NCBI GenBank assembly: GCA_012295275.1
Contig: CM022669.1
Coordinates: forward strand, 15,872,001 to 15,936,000
Direction of reading: 5' to 3'
Length of the DNA stretch: 64,000 bases
Origin: Chrysomallon squamiferum
Taxonomy: Eukaryota; Animalia; Mollusca
Below are positions 57,658-64,000 of this stretch, piece by piece. Within the stretch, counting starts at the first letter, position 1; each line of letters opens with the position of its first letter. A model generated the notes under the pieces. The model was given only the letters and a program-made list of their open reading frames with translations. It was not told where the DNA came from and searched no databases. The position numbers and the translations under genes are program-made.

Positions 57658-58603
57658 AAGACGGTGAGAAAGAGAGTGCTAATGAGTATTCAAAAACGCA
57701 ATGATAAAATTATTTTTGTAACGTGTTAGAAAGTTTGGTGAGCAAACGAATGCTATGTAAAGGATATTAGAGAAGCACATCTACAAAAAAAAAAAAAAAA
57801 AAAAACACACAATGTGATCATCTATTTATTTACGATGCAGCTTCTCTAATTACAGTCTTTACAGAATCTGCCAGCTCCTCTTCTAATCTCATTTAAAAGA
57901 ACTATTTAGGATGTGGACTCTGATAAAATGGCTGCCTCCAAACGATCTCCCATCACGGCTCGTTAATCTCCAGTCATGGAATACATCCATAGGCACATAA
58001 CACATTTCAGCGAACGCTTCATTTCTCCTGTTCACACATCTTTTACCACCAACAATAACTCTATTAACCCTGGATCAACATATTCAGATGGAAAGCGTCC
58101 AAAAGGAAATGGCAATCGAAGGATAATGGGCATTTTGAAAACACTTTGCTTCCGGCCGCAATGAGTGTTCCAGTAAGTTGACCAAACAGTGCTTGTAGCG
58201 AAGGGAAAGGTCTGTGTGACTTCCTCTTTGAACATTTTAAAATGAAAATGTCAGCTTTTAATCACGCAGGGAAACACTTACGAAACTCTGTATGATCATT
58301 TGTTACAGATCCACAACTGAGTTTGACTTTGGTTTATCAGAAGAAAAAGAAAAACACTCTTCTTTGTTAAAAGTGCTGAGTGTCCGGGTGAACATGACCC
58401 GGAGTCATCCATAGGAAAAACAAATGAAAGATAAAAATTGCTTTATGATGCGCTGATAGCTAGAAAAGAGAACCAGAAGATGAGATAGATGAAAAGAAAG
58501 AAATGGATAGAGAGAGAGAATGAGAGAGAGTGAGAGAGAGAGAGAGGGGGGCTAGATATAGATAAAGAGATGAGAGAGAGAGAAAGGGAGTGGAGGAGGA
58601 GGA

Positions 58604-58662
<59 letters not shown>

Positions 58663-59872
58663 TTCAGAAGAGAAATGAAAACAACAACAAATCCCACATA
58701 ACTGTTAAACTGTAACTAACTGCGCATATACATGAACTGATTATAATTTAAACTGCATATATATTAACATTACATCAGACTGAAATGAGGAAAGCAAAAA
58801 AAAAAAATAAAAAAAAAAAAAAAAATGAAGAAATAGATGACTGACTGAATGAATGAATGAATAAATCCTACTGAAACAAAAGCTTCTGTTTCCAAAAGGA
58901 AGGATATTTTTTATCAGTACAACTTAAATCAATATACAAACACGACACTTTGTTACGTTGGAAAGACAATATTCTGAAGCAGAGGACAGAGGGTTGTAGT
59001 AAAAATTGTGTTCGATCCTAGCCTCAAGCGTCGTCTTGCGTTCGACGTTGCCGAAGCGCAATATCGAGACAACAGCTAACAAATGATGATGTATTCGGAG
59101 ACAGCACAGCTCAGTGGTCGATGTAATTGTCGACTTTACGAAATGAACGGCTTTCGAGGCAATAAACATTTGCGTCGATTCTCACGGTCTTTGCCTTGGT
59201 ACTGATAATTCTTTCTTTCTTTCCTTTTTTTTCTTTTTTCTTTCTTTTCGTTCATTCTTTCCTTCTTTTTTCTTTCCTTATTTATTTTTTTTTTTTTTTT
59301 TTTTTTGTATTTTCTCCTCATGTTTTATTTATTTGATATTGTTATTATAATTGTAATCTATTTATTTTCTGTACGTAATAGCCAATTTTGATACTATATA
59401 AATCAAATAAAATTAGTATTATTATTCGTTTTCCCTTGGCAATAGATTTCACCACTAAATAAATAAATAGATAATGAAGGAATAAATTTTGGCTTCTCTT
59501 TATTTTTAAATAAATAAAAAAAAGACAGTTGAAATACCTATTTTTACCAAAATATCTGCCTAACTAAGATATTTCTGTAAAAAATGTATTTACAACTGGC
59601 AACATTTTTTTTTTTTTTTGGTGACTATTTTCAAGTTGTATGATTTAAAACAAATTCGCCATATGAATGCAGCAGTGATTTTTTTTGTTGTTGTTGTTGT
59701 TTTTTTTCTTGTCTTTCTCTGCTGCACATGCAGGTGTCTTATTTTAATGCAAAGTAAATGAGAGCAACATTTGCTTTTATTTTTTTTATTTATTGAATTT
59801 ATTATTATTATTATTATTATTATTAGTTTTTTTTTTTTAAATTTATTTTTTATTTTTATTTATTTATTTATT

Positions 59873-59909
<37 letters not shown>

Positions 59910-59913
59910 TTTT

Positions 59914-59973
<60 letters not shown>

Positions 59974-61445
59974 ATGCATCCAGCATAAATCCATATAGAC
60001 GTTTATGTCTTACAGTCTTTAATTATTTTGTAATAGATGAGACTCACAGTTTTATTTTGAAATCCCGTCGTCTCATACATCTGGATTAGAAACGTTTCTG
60101 GGATGCGAAAGTAATGTCTGCAGATTACCAAATTCGCTGAGGGCATTCACGCAGTCGGCTTTATACATTAACTTCGCATAACCCAAAAATCTTTAACCAT
60201 GATTTACTTCGGAAGCGAATTAACTGTTATATAACATCTCAGTTAAGCAGTGTGTAGATGTGATTAGGGATCATGGTTAAATGAAATCAAAAGGGATAAA
60301 TGCTGGTTTTGCGTATTTCAAGCACTGCACTGTTACGATTATTTCTGAATGATCTGTTTGGTGTTTAAAGTACATTATTTTTGTATTGAAGATGGGTGGG
60401 ACAGAGTAATCTCGTGGGGAGGTTTGCTTGTTGCAAATGTTGGCCATTCTGATACAGAGCGACGCTTGTCGGTATCATTTGTGTAGAACATGCACTCAAA
60501 GGACATGCCCTATTCGTAACGAATGTGTTTCATTTGGTAGTTAAAAGTTACATTATTAATCCTCATTGTTGGCTGCTGTTGAGCTGTTGCTGAATCCTGT
60601 AATATCCTCAGAGATCGTTGTGATGTTTTTCCTTCTGTTCTTTCTTTCTTTTTTTCTATTTTCTTTTCTTCCTTTTTTTTTTTTTTTTTTTTTAAGATGA
60701 ATTTATTAAGAGTATCCATTTCTGAAATTATCTGAATAAATAACGTGGAACCTCAACCATTCATGATGAAGTTACCGTGAGATAATTTCTTTAAACGAAA
60801 CTGGACGTGAAGGTTATTTGGATGATGACTACGTTACTATTCCTATAGCAATTACACGCCAAAGTACAGATTAACCATCACAGTCTTGAACTTTATAAAA
60901 ATGTATGTAATCATGACTGGAATTCTTCTGATTCCCATAGTTAAAAGAAAAGCCTTGAGATATATTATTTGAAGGAATGCTTAAGGACAATTTCATATGA
61001 GCAAAATCTAATATCACAAAACGAGAACAGAAGAAGTAAAACTTGTTATTAGCATACTTTATCAGTAATAAACTTTATTATTAATGAGAAGAAGACAAAA
61101 AGACTAATGGCAATAACAAATAGACCATTTTTTGGAAAAAAAGGTTTTAGTTCTAGACATCTCGGGAACGCTTTAGTATAAAGGTGTTCATTATCTCTGT
61201 GTTTGTTAAAATGGTGTCTGTACTTTCTGTGGGGAAATCCTATCTTCAAACGATATATAAAGAAAATGACTCAAACTTATTTACTCTTGAGACCAGTACA
61301 AATATTGAAAAAACAAAAGTATGATCGGTTACACTTCAAATTAGGTAGAGAAAGATAGGAAAAAACAAGATGAATAAGAGAAAGCTAGAGAAAGTGAAGG
61401 AAAGAACAAGAAAGAGATCGACATTTATCATTTATTTTCGTCTTC

Positions 61446-61486
<41 letters not shown>

Positions 61487-64000
61487 CCAAACCGAAGTCG
61501 AATTGGAAAAATAAAACGTATCACAACATAACTTGAAAGAAAATGTGACTGGAACGTATCATTAGAAAAGTGAGTCGATCAGCATGAAAAGAAGACATCC
61601 TAACGGTAATGATTAACTATGCCTGAATAACCCAAACTGTCTGGATTGACAAGACTAGCGAAGTGACTGAAAAGAGCACTGAACAAAACGATAATGAATT
61701 TTTCATGGACAGACTATTAAATGGCCACTTGTCAGAACTGTAACAATGGAGGTCGACTTTTGTCTCTGTTTTCCTTCGAGATATTGTTTTGTAATATCTG
61801 TTTGTTCTACACTGAAAAACAGTATTATGGCGTGATCAGTTATTGCAGTCGCCTTAAAGAGGCTCAGTCAGGCAGATAGAGGTAGAGGTTACATACTGTA
61901 AGAGTTTGTCCAATGAAGAATATGAGAAATATTGGCTTTTTTTTTTTTTTTTTTTCGCTGTGATCCCTGACGGCAAGAAGTTCTTGTTATCAGCGTATCC
62001 AGTCGACATGAAAATGATTTTATTATTATTTCCATTTTTAATTACGTTTTTGTTTTTTCTGTGTGTGTGTAACAAGAAACTTCTATTTCAACAAGCGAGT
62101 AACGATGTCCGTTGTAATAAAAATTAGGATCTGGCTGATCTGCTAATGTACATCAAAGGTTTACGTTTTACCATTTATCAGCTTCAGTCGGATATTGTCA
62201 TTAAAATAAGAGCTGTGGACATTAAGCCTTTTCGCTAGCTTTTAACCACAAACTAACAAAGACATAACAACGATAATTGAATAGAAGCACGAAAGGATGA
62301 AGGCTGATCATATTTTTTTCACTTCTACTATTACTACTTAATACTACTACTTCTATCACTACTACTACTGCCACAATACATTACTTCCATCACTACTGCT
62401 ACTGCTGCTGCTAGTACTACTACTTCTACTACTGCTGCTAGTACTACTACTTCTACTACTACGAGTACTACTACGACTACTATTACTTCTACCACTAGTA
62501 CTAACGCTGTCACTATTGTTTCTGCTACCATTGTTATTAGTATTGCAGTTCCTTTTTAGTTCTGTTAACAATATTACAGATACTGCTACTACTACTACTA
62601 CGTCTCCTGCAACTGCTGTTATTGAAAAACAACAAAAACAACAACTAATACTATTATTAGAAATGCTACAATCACCACTACTACTACTACTACTACTACC
62701 ACCGCCTCCACTGCTACCACTCTTACTAATAGAATATGTGCCCCTTCTGCCATTTCTACTAAGAATTAATAGTATTATTCGTAATGTAACAATTATTAAT
62801 TATATTGATCATGCTAGGCACGGCAGTGGAGGATATTATACTAATAAGATCAAAAGCAGCTGAAGAAATATTGGAAAACCAAATGTGGATAACTTAAGTT
62901 AAACTTGTCTTGACCTCTCTCATTGACTGAGAAACATCATAATTATTTAAGCAATATAGGCATTAAGTGCATGGCGAGCATCTTGTTTACAGATAACCTC
63001 AAACGGTCAATCGTAGAAGTAGCTTCTTCAATCAGAATAAGTGTACCTGAGTCATAAATTCATCAGTCAACTGGGAATATTAATCTGGTTGTTAATAATA
63101 GTCGAAGTGACGTACAGGATATCGTATAGCTGAATTATTTACTGGGAAATGAAATGCTTATATTAGGAAGTTTAGAATAAGACGCTTTTGAATGGTATTA
63201 TGGAGACTATCTAAGGTTGTACCATTTTGTAATTCTTCACAACACAACCATATGGTTGCAAAAGAAGAAAACAAAAAAAAAACTCTTTAAAAATGGTTAA
63301 TTCAGGTCTGCTCATGTTCAAACGAATTTATCGCTTGTCAGAGCATTTCATTAGACATACAGAATGTTCCAATAAATCAATGAAAAAATAATTTCAAAAA
63401 AATAAATTAAATTTAATTAAACTAAAAAAAAAAAAAAACCCTCCACATCTAACGTCTTAAAAAGATTACGCTTTCTTGTTCGAATGTTTTTTGTCGTCGT
63501 TCTTGAAGTTTTATCAAATGTATTTTCTTTTTTCACATTCTTTTCTTCTTGCGCTGCTCAGAATACTGTACCTAAAAGAATATATGAGCCAAGTACTTTA
63601 ATGAAACAGTTAAATTCTCTATGGTAGAGAATTATCTTTAAAAAGAACAGAGTACTCAGTGAAACCATGCATATTTAACATGTGTTAAACTGATATTAAC
63701 ATATTCATCACATTTATTTTCAGATTTTCACTAGTCTATGCCAGTCATTTATTTTAACGTGTTTTTTTTTTTTTTAAAGTGTTAAATTTTCTAAATATCC
63801 CATTGTATGACTTCAAATCTTATTGACGAAACCTAATTTTCAATACCCGAAAATAGACGGTTTCTACCTTTGTGTATTACTTAATCAGGCTATTGCCTGG
63901 AACCTCTGAATTGTGTCCTAAATCTCTACCAATATTCAACATCTACACATTCACTGAGAAGGAACATATCGCCACAAAGATCTTAAGCGATTTCAGCAAC

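Noticed and set aside
58383-58403. Small hairpin TCCGGGT-N7-ACCCGGA as a Helitron 3' end or terminator
   Set aside because: A 7-bp stem is expected by chance, and there is no clear CTRR terminus or associated element.
57900-59200. Moderately GC-rich blocks as the missing GPCR TM1-TM3 exons
   Set aside because: Frames inspected show no GNxxV or LAxxD motifs and no hydrophobic helices.

Overview
AT-rich, microsatellite-dense animal genomic DNA with GT-AG introns. A mollusc or other lophotrochozoan origin is inferred from the repeat and gene style, not proven. Almost every entry in the ORF track is a simple-repeat artefact. Reading the minus strand by hand gives two real genes. (1) A complete 10-exon gene (CDS 22640->10437; 1155 nt, 384 aa) for a secreted protein: signal peptide, MAM domain, Thr-rich linker, second MAM domain, and a short tail ending PPVVG. 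All splice phases are compatible. Both MAM domains lack the second canonical disulfide, and they share a duplicated 3-exon layout. (2) The 757-nt last coding exon (40885->40129) of a rhodopsin-class, neuropeptide-receptor-like GPCR. Its TM6 CWxP motif reads SYSP, and no TM1-TM3 exon was found in the remaining 23 kb. Also present: a hAT-type MITE with TIRs and an 8-bp TSD, two partial DNA-transposon ends, a decayed LINE ORF2 C-terminus, two fold-back palindromes, small tandem duplications and several weak candidate exons. No rRNA, tRNA, CRISPR or prokaryotic system was seen.
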